This document shows, piece by piece, positions 26,835 to 37,038 of a DNA stretch of 64,000 nucleotides. Position 1 is the first letter of the stretch; each line of letters opens with the position of its first letter. The translations under genes and the position numbers were made by a program. The notes below the pieces were generated by a model that did not search any database, had not been told where the DNA came from, and worked only from the letters and a program-made list of their open reading frames with translations. This DNA is from an uncultured Chitinophagales bacterium. Lineage in GTDB: Bacteria; Bacteroidota; Ignavibacteria; UBA10030; UBA6906. The stretch covers positions 6,149-70,148 of the forward strand of contig CAZBWR010000007.1 in NCBI GenBank assembly GCA_964495695.1. Direction: 5' to 3'.

Positions 26835-26867
26835 AAAGCCGCAGAACATTACTGTCCCTGCGGCTTT
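26835..26867. terminator. bidirectional stem-loop between convergent genes
   Basis: AAAGCCGCAG-13 nt-CTGCGGCTTT is a perfect 10-bp stem flanked by A/T. It sits between the ZIP gene (+) and the PorV/PorQ-like gene (-). Confidence 0.6.
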
Positions 26868-26888
26868 ATGACGAACTATTTCTTGTGG

Positions 26889-27842
26889 TCAGAATGTCGT
26901 GCCGATCGTGATCCTGTGCAAGCTGCCGATCGATCCGAGCGATGAGAGGCCGTAATCCAGTTTGTAGTCCTTGACCGTAATGCCGATACCTCCCGAGAAT
27001 CCCGCCAAACCCGAAGATGTTCCTGTCTTGAGTTCGGTTCTCCGCTCATTGCTGTACCCAACACGTGCCTGAAGTACGGAACTGAGGGTAAACTCACCTC
27101 CGATCGAGAATGCCTTGAAACGGTCACCAAAGTTTCCACTGTTCTCATTCAACTTGTGGAAGTTGATATTCAAGAGGAGGGGGAGTCCTTTAGGCGTCAC
27201 CGAAGCTCCAATGACCACGTCAAGCGGCAAGCTCTCTTTTGTTGAAAGATATGAGGCGAGTTGCGCACCGATATTCCTCACGCTTGCACCCAGCGTTACT
27301 CTGCTGTCCGGAATGTCGTACAGGATACCAGCGTCTGCCGCAAGGCCGGTAGAGGAGTTGCCTGCGATGGACGAGTAGATGAACTTGATGCTTGCGCCCC
27401 AATGCAGGTTTTCGTGGATGGCGTCCGAATAGCCGAGCTGAACAGCAAGGTCATTGGCGCTAAACTGTCCTATCCGGTTGCCGAGATCATCCGTTTCGTC
27501 AAAGGTTCCATAATTGACATACAGTATTCCGATGCCGAAATAGCCTAGATCTTCATAGGGCTGGCTGTAGGCAACATAACCGGAATTGATGTCGAGGAGG
27601 TGCTTGAAGTACCCAAGCGATCCGGCAGGCTTCTCGAGTGTGCTGAGCCCTGCAGGATTGTAGAACAGCGTAGAGACATCGTTCATGATGGTGACGTAGC
27701 TGCCTGCCAAGGCTCCAGCTCGCGCTCCTACATCTGCCCGCAGAAAGTCGAAGACTGTGTTCTCTGCTGCTTTTCCCTGTGACAAACCAAACGTCGTCAA
27801 TAAGGCGAGCCCAACCACAGTTGCCAGCCGGTGCTTCATCAC
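26889..27842 (-). CDS. PorV/PorQ family T9SS-associated outer-membrane beta-barrel protein
   Basis: 317 aa with a signal peptide. The N-terminal block FDFLRADVGARAGALAGSYVTIMNDVSTLFYNPAGL is characteristic of PorV/PorQ (LptO-like) proteins. The C-terminus is a terminal Phe (TIGTTF). Confidence 0.65.
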   Translation of the reverse strand: MMKHRLATVVGLALLTTFGLSQGKAAENTVFDFLRADVGARAGALAGSYVTIMNDVSTLFYNPAGLSTLEKPAGSLGYFKHLLDINSGYVAYSQPYEDLGYFGIGILYVNYGTFDETDDLGNRIGQFSANDLAVQLGYSDAIHENLHWGASIKFIYSSIAGNSSTGLAADAGILYDIPDSRVTLGASVRNIGAQLASYLSTKESLPLDVVIGASVTPKGLPLLLNINFHKLNENSGNFGDRFKAFSIGGEFTLSSVLQARVGYSNERRTELKTGTSSGLAGFSGGIGITVKDYKLDYGLSSLGSIGSLHRITIGTTF

Positions 27843-28033
27843 TTCTCCTGCGCAAAATCGTGAGTTTAGGTTTTCTGAACTGGCAAAATCTATTCATAAT
27901 CGTCAGGAATAGCAATAAGACATGCCGAATTCACTGCTTAGGGGCTGTTTGCGTCTTGCATGACATTTGGTTATATTTTGCCACATTTAATTCAGCTATA
28001 GAGTAGTTATTTGTCAGAAAGGAAGATGCGGGA

Positions 28034-28252
28034 ATGAAGCCCGGAATCCATCCAGAATACAAGAAAGCCGTCGTTACATGTGTCTGCGGCAATACATTTG
28101 AAACACGCTCCACAATTGGCGATCTGAAGCTTGAAATTTGCTCGAACTGCCATCCCTTTTTCACCGGCCGTCAAAAACTCGTTGATTCGGCTGGCCGTGT
28201 TGAGAAGTATAACAAGAAGTACGGGAAGAAAGCTGCCACAGCAGCGACGTAA
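28034..28252 (+). CDS. rpmE: 50S ribosomal protein L31 (Zn-ribbon type)
   Basis: The protein reads [27 protein letters not shown]...[12 protein letters not shown]. Confidence 0.95.
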   Translation: MKPGIHPEYKKAVVTCVCGNTFETRSTIGDLKLEICSNCHPFFTGRQKLVDSAGRVEKYNKKYGKKAATAAT

Positions 28253-28277
28253 TTTTTCCACAAGTCGTTCTTCAGAT

Positions 28278-28304
28278 GTGGCGCCATGTCCGGCGCCACT
28301 TTTG
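28278..28304 (+). terminator. Rho-independent terminator after rpmE
   Basis: GTGGCGCC-atgtcc-GGCGCCAC is followed by TTTTG. Confidence 0.75.
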
Positions 28305-28441
28305 TCTCAGGGCACACTAAGCAGTTTGAGCGCGCCGCATGCACCTTGCCGATGAGAAACTCAACCCGCCGTCAACCCGCATGTACATGCCTCTGCGCTC
28401 GCCCGTATGCCCGTCAATTTCAAACATGACTGTCTGACTCT

Positions 28442-29824
28442 GTGATGAGCGAACACAATACAAACTCGGATGCTGACCGGCCCCGACGCAACCTGTACGA
28501 GGGTGTGCGGGGAACCGCCGTCAAGATCCTGAACCGCGTCGAACGGACTGATGCCTATCTTGACAAACTGGTTGATGCAGAACTCCGTTCGGGGGAACTG
28601 CCGGATGTTGACAAAGGTCTTCTGACCGAACTCGTGCATGGTGTGTTGCGCTGGCAGAACAAGCTTGACTGGGTGTTGAACGGATTCTCTCACGGCAACT
28701 TTGCAAAATCCGACATCAATGTGAAGAACGCCCTCCGCGTTGGATTGTACCAGATTCTCTTTCTTGAGCGCATCCCGCATGCGGCGGCAGTGAACGAAGC
28801 AGTTGAGTTCATCAAACGCATACGGGGAGATAAACCCGCCGGCCTTGTCAACGCCGTTCTTCGCAACATCATCAGAAACATCGAGGGCATTCGGTACCCC
28901 GATCCCGCCCAGGATAAGGTGCAGTACCTTTCTGTAATGGGCTCACATCCGCATTGGATGGTGAAGCGATGGCACCAGCGTCTCGGGCCGGAAGAAACGG
29001 AAAAGCTCCTCCTCGCAAACAATGAGCGTCCGATGCTCTCCCTGCGAATCAATAAGCTGAAAACAGAACCCGGCACATTCCTGCGACAGCTCGATCTGCA
29101 ATCGATCCCGTATCAGGGTTCAAACCACATCGACTATTTCGTCAAGGTAAAGTCTTTTCCACGGATCGGACAGAACGAGATGTTTCGCAGCGGAATCTTC
29201 ACAATCCAGGATGAAAGTGCAGCGCTTCCCTGTATCCTGCTTGGTCCGAAGCCGGGTGAACGTGTGCTTGACATGTGCGCAGCCCCCGGGGGCAAAACCA
29301 CACACATCGCCGAACTGATGAAGAATGAGGGGGAAGTAATCGCCATCGATAAGTACGACATCAAACTCAGTTTTATCAAAGCGGCGTGCGAGCGGCTTGG
29401 GCTCAAGAATGTCAAGTTGCTTGTGGCAGATTCCTCTGTCATGGAACACGAGCAGGTCGACCGGGTGCTCGTGGATGCCCCTTGCTCAGGGCTTGGCGTG
29501 CTGACGAAGAAACCTGATTTGAAATGGAAGCGGGACGTAAGCGATGTCGTGAAACTTGCCAAGCTGCAGGGAGAGTTGTTGGACAACGGTGCCCGTTTCG
29601 TGAAGCCCGGCGGGGTGCTTGTCTACAGTACATGCACGACGGAACCCGAAGAGAATCAGGAGATAGTCAAGAGTTTTCTTGCAAGGCATCCTGAGTTCCG
29701 ACTCGAAAATGCAGGGGATTTTGTCAGCCATGCTGTTGTCAACCAGGAAGGATTTGTCGAAACATTCCCTCACAAACATGGGATGGATGGATCATTCGCT
29801 GCGCGCATGGTCAGAAACGCTTAA
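28442..29824 (+). CDS. rsmB: 16S rRNA (cytosine967-C5)-methyltransferase RsmB
   Basis: 460 aa with an N-terminal NusB-like domain. The SAM fold is VLDMCAAPGGKTTHIA, and the catalytic boxes are DAPCSGLGV and YSTCT. Confidence 0.9.
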   Translation: MMSEHNTNSDADRPRRNLYEGVRGTAVKILNRVERTDAYLDKLVDAELRSGELPDVDKGLLTELVHGVLRWQNKLDWVLNGFSHGNFAKSDINVKNALRVGLYQILFLERIPHAAAVNEAVEFIKRIRGDKPAGLVNAVLRNIIRNIEGIRYPDPAQDKVQYLSVMGSHPHWMVKRWHQRLGPEETEKLLLANNERPMLSLRINKLKTEPGTFLRQLDLQSIPYQGSNHIDYFVKVKSFPRIGQNEMFRSGIFTIQDESAALPCILLGPKPGERVLDMCAAPGGKTTHIAELMKNEGEVIAIDKYDIKLSFIKAACERLGLKNVKLLVADSSVMEHEQVDRVLVDAPCSGLGVLTKKPDLKWKRDVSDVVKLAKLQGELLDNGARFVKPGGVLVYSTCTTEPEENQEIVKSFLARHPEFRLENAGDFVSHAVVNQEGFVETFPHKHGMDGSFAARMVRNA

Positions 29825-29848
29825 CACTCACAGTATCCGGAGATTCCT

Positions 29849-31066
29849 ATGGCAGATGTTCTTGAACTGGTGCGAAGAGAGTTGCAGCAACTCGAAGAGT
29901 CCAATACCTATAAGTACGAGGTTCCCCTTCAGGGGCCGCAAGACGGCGTTGTTCGGGTGAAGGGAAAGAAAGTTGTGATGCTTGCTTCGAACAACTATGC
30001 GGGTTTTTCAAACCACCCTGCGGTGCGCAAAGCGGCGATCAGCGGGATCAAAAAGTACGGGTACGGCGTCGCATCTGTGCGTTTCATTTGCGGGACTCAG
30101 GACATTCACTTCAACCTTGAAAAGAAGATCTCAAAATTCCTCGGAACGGAAGATACGATTCTCTTCTCATCCTGCTGGGCGGCGAATGAAGCATTCTTCG
30201 CATCATTGACCAACGAAAAACTGGGATTCGATTCGTACAAGGACGTGATCTACTCCGACCGGTTGAATCATGCCAGCATCATTGACGGTCAGCGGCTCTG
30301 CAAATCTGAAACAACGGAGAAAAAGATCTACAAACACAACGACATGGGCGATCTCGTCCGGATGCTTGAGGAGGATAAGAACACTGACTACCGCCTGCGC
30401 ATAATTGCAACGGATGGCGTGTTCAGCATGGAGGGTGAGCTTGCGCCGCTGGACGAGTTGGTCGAAATTGCGACAAAATACCGTGCAATACTCTTTGTTG
30501 ACGATTCGCATGCAGTGGGAGTTATCGGCAAGACCGGCAGGGGAACACCCGAGGCCAAGGGTGTTCACGGGAAGATTGATGTATTGACTGGAACGCTCGG
30601 CAAAGCAATTGGCGGAGCGGCGGGCGGGTATATCAGCGGCAAGAAAGAGCTGATTGCATTCATGCGGCAAAAGGCACGGACGTATATCTTTTCCAATTCT
30701 CTGCCCGCCCCGATTGTTTTCGGCGCAAGTGCCGCGTTCGACCTGCTGATGAAGGACAAATCGACCATGAAGAAGCTTCACAAAAACACAGCTTACTTCA
30801 GAAAAGAGATCGTGGGCCTTGGTTACACGATCATCGAAGGGGAACATCCGATTGTTCCCATTATGCTGGGTGAGGCTTCCATTGCCCAGGAAATGAGCAA
30901 AGCCTTGCTGAAGGAGGGGGTCTATATCAAGGGACTTTGGTTTCCGGTGGTGCCGAGAGGAGAGGCCAGGCTCAGGGCGCAGATCTCGGCAGCGCTTTCC
31001 AGGAAGGATATCGACAGGGCCCTTGCAGCCTTCGAAAAAGTCGGCAAAAAGATGAACGTGATTTGA
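29849..31066 (+). CDS. kbl: glycine C-acetyltransferase (2-amino-3-ketobutyrate CoA ligase)
   Basis: SVRFICGTQDIHFNLEKKISKFLGTEDTILFSSCWAANE, LNHASIIDG and the PLP lysine context GTLGKAIGG are present. Confidence 0.85.
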   Translation: MADVLELVRRELQQLEESNTYKYEVPLQGPQDGVVRVKGKKVVMLASNNYAGFSNHPAVRKAAISGIKKYGYGVASVRFICGTQDIHFNLEKKISKFLGTEDTILFSSCWAANEAFFASLTNEKLGFDSYKDVIYSDRLNHASIIDGQRLCKSETTEKKIYKHNDMGDLVRMLEEDKNTDYRLRIIATDGVFSMEGELAPLDELVEIATKYRAILFVDDSHAVGVIGKTGRGTPEAKGVHGKIDVLTGTLGKAIGGAAGGYISGKKELIAFMRQKARTYIFSNSLPAPIVFGASAAFDLLMKDKSTMKKLHKNTAYFRKEIVGLGYTIIEGEHPIVPIMLGEASIAQEMSKALLKEGVYIKGLWFPVVPRGEARLRAQISAALSRKDIDRALAAFEKVGKKMNVI

Positions 31067-31126
31067 CTCCGTTGCGTTATTGTATGACGTAAAGGAGAAA
31101 TAACAGGTGTGTAACAGAGGAGTATA

Positions 31127-32215
31127 ATGAAGCAACTAACTGAACAGAACATTCTCGAATCGCTCAAAGTAGTGAAAGACCCTGATCTGCACAGGGATAT
31201 CGTTTCGTTGAATTTTGTCAAGAATGTCACGATTAAGGGCAAGAACGTCAGCTTCGATATCGAGCTGACGACCCCTGCATGTCCCGTCCGCGACGAACTG
31301 AAGATGCAGGCAGAAAAGGCCGTGCGCAGCAACTTTGACGTGTCGGATGTGACGATAACAATGACATCAAACGTCACGAGACACGAGAACAAACAAAAAG
31401 AGTCTGTACTTCCCGGTGTCAGGAACACTATTGCCGTCGCATCGGGGAAAGGCGGTGTCGGCAAATCGACTATTGCGGTGAATTTGGCCGTTGCGCTAGC
31501 GAAAGACGGTGCCAAAGTCGGTCTTGTGGACGCTGACGTGTATGGCCCGAGTATCCCGTTGATGATGGGCTTGAATGGAAGGCCGCAGGTGAAGGGAAAC
31601 CGGCTTCAGCCGATGGAAAATTACGGTGTGAAGGTGATGTCGATCGGATTCCTTGTCGACCCGATGCAGGCCGTAATTTGGCGCGGACCCATGGCCAGCG
31701 GAGCTGTGAAGCAATTCATGTCCGATGTAGATTGGGGCGAGCTGGATTATCTGGTATTCGATCTTCCGCCAGGAACAGGCGATATTCAATTAACGCTTGT
31801 GCAAACAATCCCTCTGACGGGAGCTGTCATTGTTACGACGCCGCAGGATATTTCCCTCGCCGATGCCCGTAAGGGGTTCGTCATGTTCCAAAAGGTGAAT
31901 GTTCCTGTTCTCGGCATCATTGAGAACATGAGTTACTATATCTGCTCGCATTGTGGAGAGCGTGAAGAGATATTCGATCACGGCGGTGGAAAGCGTGCTG
32001 CCGAAGAACTGGGCGTTCCCTTCCTTGGAGATATTCCGATCTATACATCAATACGTGTTGGCGGCGACAAAGGGAGACCGGTTGTAATCGATGAGAACCA
32101 GGAGGTTCAAGGAAACATAGTCCGGCAGATTGCGCGGAGCCTTGCAGCCCAGGTGAGTATCCGGAATTCACAACAGGCCGAATCACCCGCTATTGATATT
32201 CAACTGATGCAGTAA
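31127..32215 (+). CDS. apbC: Mrp/NBP35 family Fe-S cluster carrier ATPase (ApbC)
   Basis: An N-terminal DUF59-like domain, the deviant Walker A VASGKGGVGKST and CxxC (ICSHCGE) are present. Confidence 0.9.
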   Translation: MKQLTEQNILESLKVVKDPDLHRDIVSLNFVKNVTIKGKNVSFDIELTTPACPVRDELKMQAEKAVRSNFDVSDVTITMTSNVTRHENKQKESVLPGVRNTIAVASGKGGVGKSTIAVNLAVALAKDGAKVGLVDADVYGPSIPLMMGLNGRPQVKGNRLQPMENYGVKVMSIGFLVDPMQAVIWRGPMASGAVKQFMSDVDWGELDYLVFDLPPGTGDIQLTLVQTIPLTGAVIVTTPQDISLADARKGFVMFQKVNVPVLGIIENMSYYICSHCGEREEIFDHGGGKRAAEELGVPFLGDIPIYTSIRVGGDKGRPVVIDENQEVQGNIVRQIARSLAAQVSIRNSQQAESPAIDIQLMQ

Positions 32216-32235
32216 ACTCTACAGTCGCTTCACAC

Positions 32236-32472
32236 ATGAGTATCGAAGAACGGATAGAATCAGCATTGGAAATGTGCCGTCCCTACCTGCATGCGGATGG
32301 AGGGGACGTAAAGTTTCTCCGTTTCAAGTCTGAATCGGGCGTTGTGGAGCTGAAATGGGAGGGAACTTGCCTGATTTGTCCGATGTCAATCTTGACGCTT
32401 CGCGCCGGCATTGAGCGCGCCGTAATGAATGCAGTGCCGGAAGTAAAGAGAGTGGAGGCGGTAAGCGTTTAG
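32236..32472 (+). CDS. NifU C-terminal domain (Nfu-type) Fe-S scaffold protein
   Basis: 78 aa with PYLHADGGDVKFL and the CxxC motif GTCLICPMS. Confidence 0.85.
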   Translation: MSIEERIESALEMCRPYLHADGGDVKFLRFKSESGVVELKWEGTCLICPMSILTLRAGIERAVMNAVPEVKRVEAVSV

Positions 32473-33131
32473 AACCCCTGAATCTCTCTTACCCGTCCAT
32501 CCCGGATCTCAAGGACACGGGCGTTGACCTTCTTAACCAACTCGTGGTTATGCGTCGCCATCACCACCGCTGTTCCCCTCATGTTGATTCCCTTCAGCAA
32601 CTGCAGAATATCCAATGATGTTGCCGGATCGAGGTTTCCCGTCGGTTCATCGGCAAGCAGGAATAGCGGGTCGTTTACCAAAGCTCTTGCGATCACGACG
32701 CGCTGTTGCTCGCCGCCGGAGAGTTCGTGCGCCATTTTGTTGCGTTGGTGGCTGAGTCCAACATCGGCCAGCGCACGAAGGACACTCTTTTTGATATCCT
32801 TTCTCGGGGTTCCGGTAACGTGCAGAGTAAAAGCCACATTTTCATATACACTGCGGTCTTCCAGCAATCTGAAATCCTGGAACACGATCCCAAGGGCTCG
32901 CCGGAGATACGGCTTATCACGGTTCTGGATAGTCTCGGAATTGTATTTTCCGACAATGACGTTGCCGCGTAAGGGCATCAGGTCCATATAGATAAGTCTG
33001 AGCAGAGTGCTTTTGCCGCTCCCGGTTTGTCCGACAAGAAAGACAAACTCTCCCGGATTGATTTGCAGTGACACGCCATCAAGGACACTATGCCCATTGA
33101 ACGAAGCAGTGACATTGTTCATCTGAATCAT
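32469..33131 (-). CDS. ftsE: cell-division ATP-binding protein FtsE
   Basis: 220 aa with Walker A GQTGSGKST, the ABC signature LSGGEQQRV and Walker B LLADEPTGNLD. Confidence 0.85.
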   Translation of the reverse strand: MIQMNNVTASFNGHSVLDGVSLQINPGEFVFLVGQTGSGKSTLLRLIYMDLMPLRGNVIVGKYNSETIQNRDKPYLRRALGIVFQDFRLLEDRSVYENVAFTLHVTGTPRKDIKKSVLRALADVGLSHQRNKMAHELSGGEQQRVVIARALVNDPLFLLADEPTGNLDPATSLDILQLLKGINMRGTAVVMATHNHELVKKVNARVLEIRDGRVREIQGF

Positions 33132-34129
33132 GGTAAACCCCCTCGATTCCTTCTTCGATTCCTGGCGACAGCGGTGGCGAGTGCGATTGCCTCAATCATG
33201 CTGCCCGGATCCGCTATCCCTTTTCCGGCAATATCAAACCCTGTCCCGTGATCGGGAGATGTGCGGACAATCTTTAGACCGGCTGTGATGTTTACTGCCC
33301 TGCCGAATGAGGACATCTTCAGCGGGATAAGCCCTTGATCATGATACATTGCAATGACCGCATCATGAGACCCCGGTGAATAGCGCGCAAAAAAAGCATC
33401 AGCGGGAAAGGGTCCGGCGACACGAACGCCGTCGTCGCGGAGGGATCTGAGAGCCGGTTCGATCATGCTCTTTTCCTCCGTTCCGATGTCTCCGTTCTCC
33501 CCTGCATGAGGATTGAGTGCGAGGACGGCAAGTCTCGGTTTTTTGATCCGCCAATCTCTAACAAGCGCCTCAGCAAAAATGTTGATTTTCTCTTTGACAA
33601 GCTTTCGAGTTACCAAGCCGGCCACCTTGGCAATCGGGACATGTATTGTCACTAATCCTACCCGCAGCGTTTTCGAAGCAAGCATCATGGCGCTTCGACG
33701 TGATCCACTAAGATGCTGGACCATTTCCGTCTGGCCCGGGTAGTTGTATCCTGCGAGATGCAACGCCTTTTTCGAAACCGGCGCAGTTACAACGGCCTCG
33801 ACTTCGCCTTCAACCGCCATCTGTACAGCTCGAATAACAGCAAGTCCGGCTGCCCGGCCGGCACCCTTTGCAAGCTTCCCGGGGTGTATGTCCCGGGGCG
33901 ACACTTCCGAGGAGGAGATGTACGAAATTCCACTGTAATCAGTGGTAAACTCACGCACCGTAAGTCTCGAGCCTAGATGTTTGGTGTAATACTCCAGAAC
34001 CTGCTTCGGTCCCACAATGACCGGATTGCAGATCGTCCGGATCGACCGCCGCTGCAGACATTTCAGCACAACCTCTGGCCCGATGCCGTTGTAGTCACCG
34101 AGTGTTATGGCGATGACCGGTTTCTTCAT
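33128..34129 (-). CDS. pdxA: 4-hydroxythreonine-4-phosphate dehydrogenase PdxA
   Basis: MKKPVIAITLGDYNGIGPE, TIHVPI, NPHAGENG and PDHGTGFDIAG are present. I prefer the ATG at 34129 because the 365-aa ORF-track form would overlap the upstream gene by 91 nt. Confidence 0.9.
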   Translation of the reverse strand: MKKPVIAITLGDYNGIGPEVVLKCLQRRSIRTICNPVIVGPKQVLEYYTKHLGSRLTVREFTTDYSGISYISSSEVSPRDIHPGKLAKGAGRAAGLAVIRAVQMAVEGEVEAVVTAPVSKKALHLAGYNYPGQTEMVQHLSGSRRSAMMLASKTLRVGLVTIHVPIAKVAGLVTRKLVKEKINIFAEALVRDWRIKKPRLAVLALNPHAGENGDIGTEEKSMIEPALRSLRDDGVRVAGPFPADAFFARYSPGSHDAVIAMYHDQGLIPLKMSSFGRAVNITAGLKIVRTSPDHGTGFDIAGKGIADPGSMIEAIALATAVARNRRRNRGGLP

Positions 34130-34134
34130 TGTAC

Positions 34135-35493
34135 TCACAGATTCTGCGTGGCAACAAGCGTATAGTTGCCGGACTTTGACTGGTCGGCGAACACGAAACG
34201 CCTTCCTTGTCTTTCGTACACCCAAATCTCCAACAGCCCTCCGTTCGGATCGAGCCGACGCTCGGTGCTGGTGGGCGGGCCGTGAAGGATGTAAATCCGG
34301 CCCCGGTCGACTCTGAAGCCATCGCCTCCCCGGATTGAGCTGAAGGTTCTCATTGTGTAATCAACACGCCGGTAGTATTCCGCCATCACCTCATTGTATT
34401 CGGTTTCGGGGGTTCGGTCTTTCACACGCCAGAAGTTCTCAAGGTTGCGTAACCGCGAATCCCGCGAGCCGCTTTTGAGTGAATCCAGTTCCTCGGGACG
34501 CGTGATATGCCGGAGTGCGTCAAGTGCAAGGTCGATATCCCGCAACGACGCCGGCATATCAGGCCATATCATATTGAAAGAATGCTTGAGCGTTGTTCTC
34601 AAAACATCCTGCTCGATCTTTACATCTATCGAAAAGGGGCGAAGGGGTAGTAGCTCCATTTTGAGCGGGATGATGAGTCCTCCAACCGTTGTCACCGGTC
34701 CGGACTGCAATTTATATGTCGTGGATTCGAAATCACCTTCCCGGACGGGGTACGGCTGTTCCAACGATGACAATTCCAGAGTGTCGGATTGAGCCTGTTT
34801 GGCGTCTCTCTGGAGGAACGGCTGTGTCGATACAGTGTAGATGACTTTGAAAGGCTCACTCGTCATCGTGGAAGAAGACAGCGGAACGAAGAGATATCCT
34901 TTTCCTCCGAAGATCATGTTCCCACCAAAGTTCACAAGTGTGATCAGGTTGCTATCCTGCTTCGGTGGTTCTATGAAGACAGCCGGGCCTGCATGCAGAT
35001 CCGGCCCTGACGGAAGTTCTGCGTCGATTTTCTTGTTGCGATTGAGGAAGCGCCGTTTAGACTCAAGGTCAATTACCTCAAGGACGAGTGTGTATTGGCC
35101 CGGAGGAATCGTGAACGTAGCGAGTCCTTCGCGCCAGAGTTTCTGTTCGGGGGAGGTCTCAGTCGATTGCTCGCCGATTTCAAAGCGGTGAGTATCACGG
35201 ACCTTTGAAACGCCTTTGGCGTCCAGAAGATCAAGATACACCTCGCCGCGTCGGACGAAAGGAAACGGAGAAGTTCTGTCTTCATTTCGGACAGCAACGA
35301 AGAAATGCCTGTCGATGCGGTAGGGGATATCGATGCGGCAGAAGGCTGAATCCTGTGCCGGAAATATCAACGTTTCAAAGAATATGAACTGCGCATCTTC
35401 AGGGGGCGGCGCAATTTGGGCGGGTCCGGTCGGCTGCTGTGCAGATGCCGTCGCTGCAAAAATCACAATCAATAAAAAAAGTATTGTACGCAT
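34135..35493 (-). CDS. GWxTD domain-containing secreted protein
   Basis: 452 aa with a signal peptide. The C-terminal block GGDGFRVDRGRIYILHGPP...LEIWVYE...FVFADQSKSGNYTL matches the GWxTD family layout. Confidence 0.7.
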   Translation of the reverse strand: MRTILFLLIVIFAATASAQQPTGPAQIAPPPEDAQFIFFETLIFPAQDSAFCRIDIPYRIDRHFFVAVRNEDRTSPFPFVRRGEVYLDLLDAKGVSKVRDTHRFEIGEQSTETSPEQKLWREGLATFTIPPGQYTLVLEVIDLESKRRFLNRNKKIDAELPSGPDLHAGPAVFIEPPKQDSNLITLVNFGGNMIFGGKGYLFVPLSSSTMTSEPFKVIYTVSTQPFLQRDAKQAQSDTLELSSLEQPYPVREGDFESTTYKLQSGPVTTVGGLIIPLKMELLPLRPFSIDVKIEQDVLRTTLKHSFNMIWPDMPASLRDIDLALDALRHITRPEELDSLKSGSRDSRLRNLENFWRVKDRTPETEYNEVMAEYYRRVDYTMRTFSSIRGGDGFRVDRGRIYILHGPPTSTERRLDPNGGLLEIWVYERQGRRFVFADQSKSGNYTLVATQNL

Positions 35494-35505
35494 ATCTCCT
35501 CCTCC

Positions 35506-37035
35506 TTAGTTCCTTCCCTTGGTATTATCTGCACTCCAGTTTTCCAATGCATCAACAAGCAGACGAACGCCGACTCCGCTTGCCCCGCGGGGGATGTAGT
35601 CCAGCGATTCACTCAATGTGGCTGTCCCAGCAATATCAAGATGCACCCACGGATAGTCTCCGATGAATTGCTTGAGAAAGAAGGCTGCCGTAATCGCTCC
35701 CGCTGGACGCCCTCCGGTGTTCTTAACATCGGCGATGTCACTTTTGTTCTGCTTTTCATACTCGTCAAACATCGGCAACTGCCAGACGCGTTCATACGTG
35801 CGCTCACCGGCCTTCGTTAGACGTTTCATCAGATTCTCGTCATTCCCCATCATACCGGTTGCATAGTGGCCGAGTGCCACAAGAACATGGCCCGTGAGAG
35901 TTGCCAGATCGATCACCGCGGCAGGCTTGTATCTCGCGGCGTACGAGAGGGCGTCGGCTAGAATCAGCCGGCCTTCCGCATCCGTATTATCCACCTCCGA
36001 TGTTTTGCCGTTTAGATGCGTTATCACATCACCGGGTTTCATTGCCGACCCGCCGAGGAGATTCTCGACTGCGGGAACCAACCCCACCACATGCAGCGGA
36101 AGATTCAACCTGGCAACAGCCGTCATCGTTGCGATCACAGCAGCGGCTCCGCTCATATCCATTTTCATCTCTCCCATACCCGCAGCCGGTTTTATGGAAA
36201 TTCCCCCGGCATCAAAAGTAACGCCCTTTCCGACGAGAACCACAGTGGGAACACGTTTTTTTCCTGCATTATGTTCCATGACAATGAAGCGGGGGGGCTG
36301 GTCGCTGCCTTTGGCGACACCCAACACTCCGCCCATTTTGAGACGTCTTATCTGTTTCTCGTCAAAAATTGTAACGCGGAGCTTCGCTTTTCTGCCTGCC
36401 TCCTTTGCGTGGCGGGCAAGCGTGATTGGATAAATCTCGCTCGCAGGAGCGTTGGCAAGGTTACGGGCCAGGATTGTTGCGTCGCAAATGATCTGAGCGC
36501 GGCCTACTCCCGGCTTCAGTTGGGCAAGCCGTTTCTGATCGTCTGTGACAAATGTGATCGATTTGACGCTTGAAGGTTTCTTGTTCTCACCGGTCAAATA
36601 CTTGTCGAACTTGTACTGGCTAAGCACCGCTCCTTCTGAAAGGGCGCCTGCAACCATGTCAAGGGGATAGCCGGTTTGCTGAACTGTGTCATCATCCGGG
36701 AGAATGATTGACAGTGACGAGCCTTTCAGTCCGTTTGCAGACTTCGCCGCTGTGGCAGCAACCCGCCTGAGACGTTCAAGCGTCACTGCGTTGAGTTTTC
36801 CAAGGCCAATAAGCACAAGCCGGATCTTCTTCTTGTTCGATGGAAACATTGTGAGCGTTTCCTGGAATTTTCCGGAGAACACACCGGCTTCAAGCGGCTC
36901 CTCGATTCCCTTGAAGGTATGCTTCAAAATGGAAATCTGATGAACGAACGTCTGCTTATCTTCGTTGACGAAGAACGCAGTGACGTCTGAAGTGATGGAA
37001 GCAAGCTTAGTGTGTTCAGCCTTAAGTTGAATCAT
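35506..37035 (-). CDS. pepA: leucyl aminopeptidase (M17)
   Basis: VGKGVTFDAGGISIKP, DMSGAAAV and NTDAEGRLILADAL are present. Confidence 0.95.
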   Translation of the reverse strand: MIQLKAEHTKLASITSDVTAFFVNEDKQTFVHQISILKHTFKGIEEPLEAGVFSGKFQETLTMFPSNKKKIRLVLIGLGKLNAVTLERLRRVAATAAKSANGLKGSSLSIILPDDDTVQQTGYPLDMVAGALSEGAVLSQYKFDKYLTGENKKPSSVKSITFVTDDQKRLAQLKPGVGRAQIICDATILARNLANAPASEIYPITLARHAKEAGRKAKLRVTIFDEKQIRRLKMGGVLGVAKGSDQPPRFIVMEHNAGKKRVPTVVLVGKGVTFDAGGISIKPAAGMGEMKMDMSGAAAVIATMTAVARLNLPLHVVGLVPAVENLLGGSAMKPGDVITHLNGKTSEVDNTDAEGRLILADALSYAARYKPAAVIDLATLTGHVLVALGHYATGMMGNDENLMKRLTKAGERTYERVWQLPMFDEYEKQNKSDIADVKNTGGRPAGAITAAFFLKQFIGDYPWVHLDIAGTATLSESLDYIPRGASGVGVRLLVDALENWSADNTKGRN

Positions 37036-37038
37036 GTG

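Noticed and set aside
30203-31135. 310-aa minus-strand ORF
   Set aside because: It is antisense to kbl, which has strong PLP-enzyme motifs on the + strand.
32469-33131. ftsE without an adjacent ftsX
   Set aside because: The gene downstream is convergent (nfu), so ftsX must be elsewhere. Separated ftsE/ftsX genes occur in other bacteria. Without the rest of the genome this is not evidence of anything unusual.
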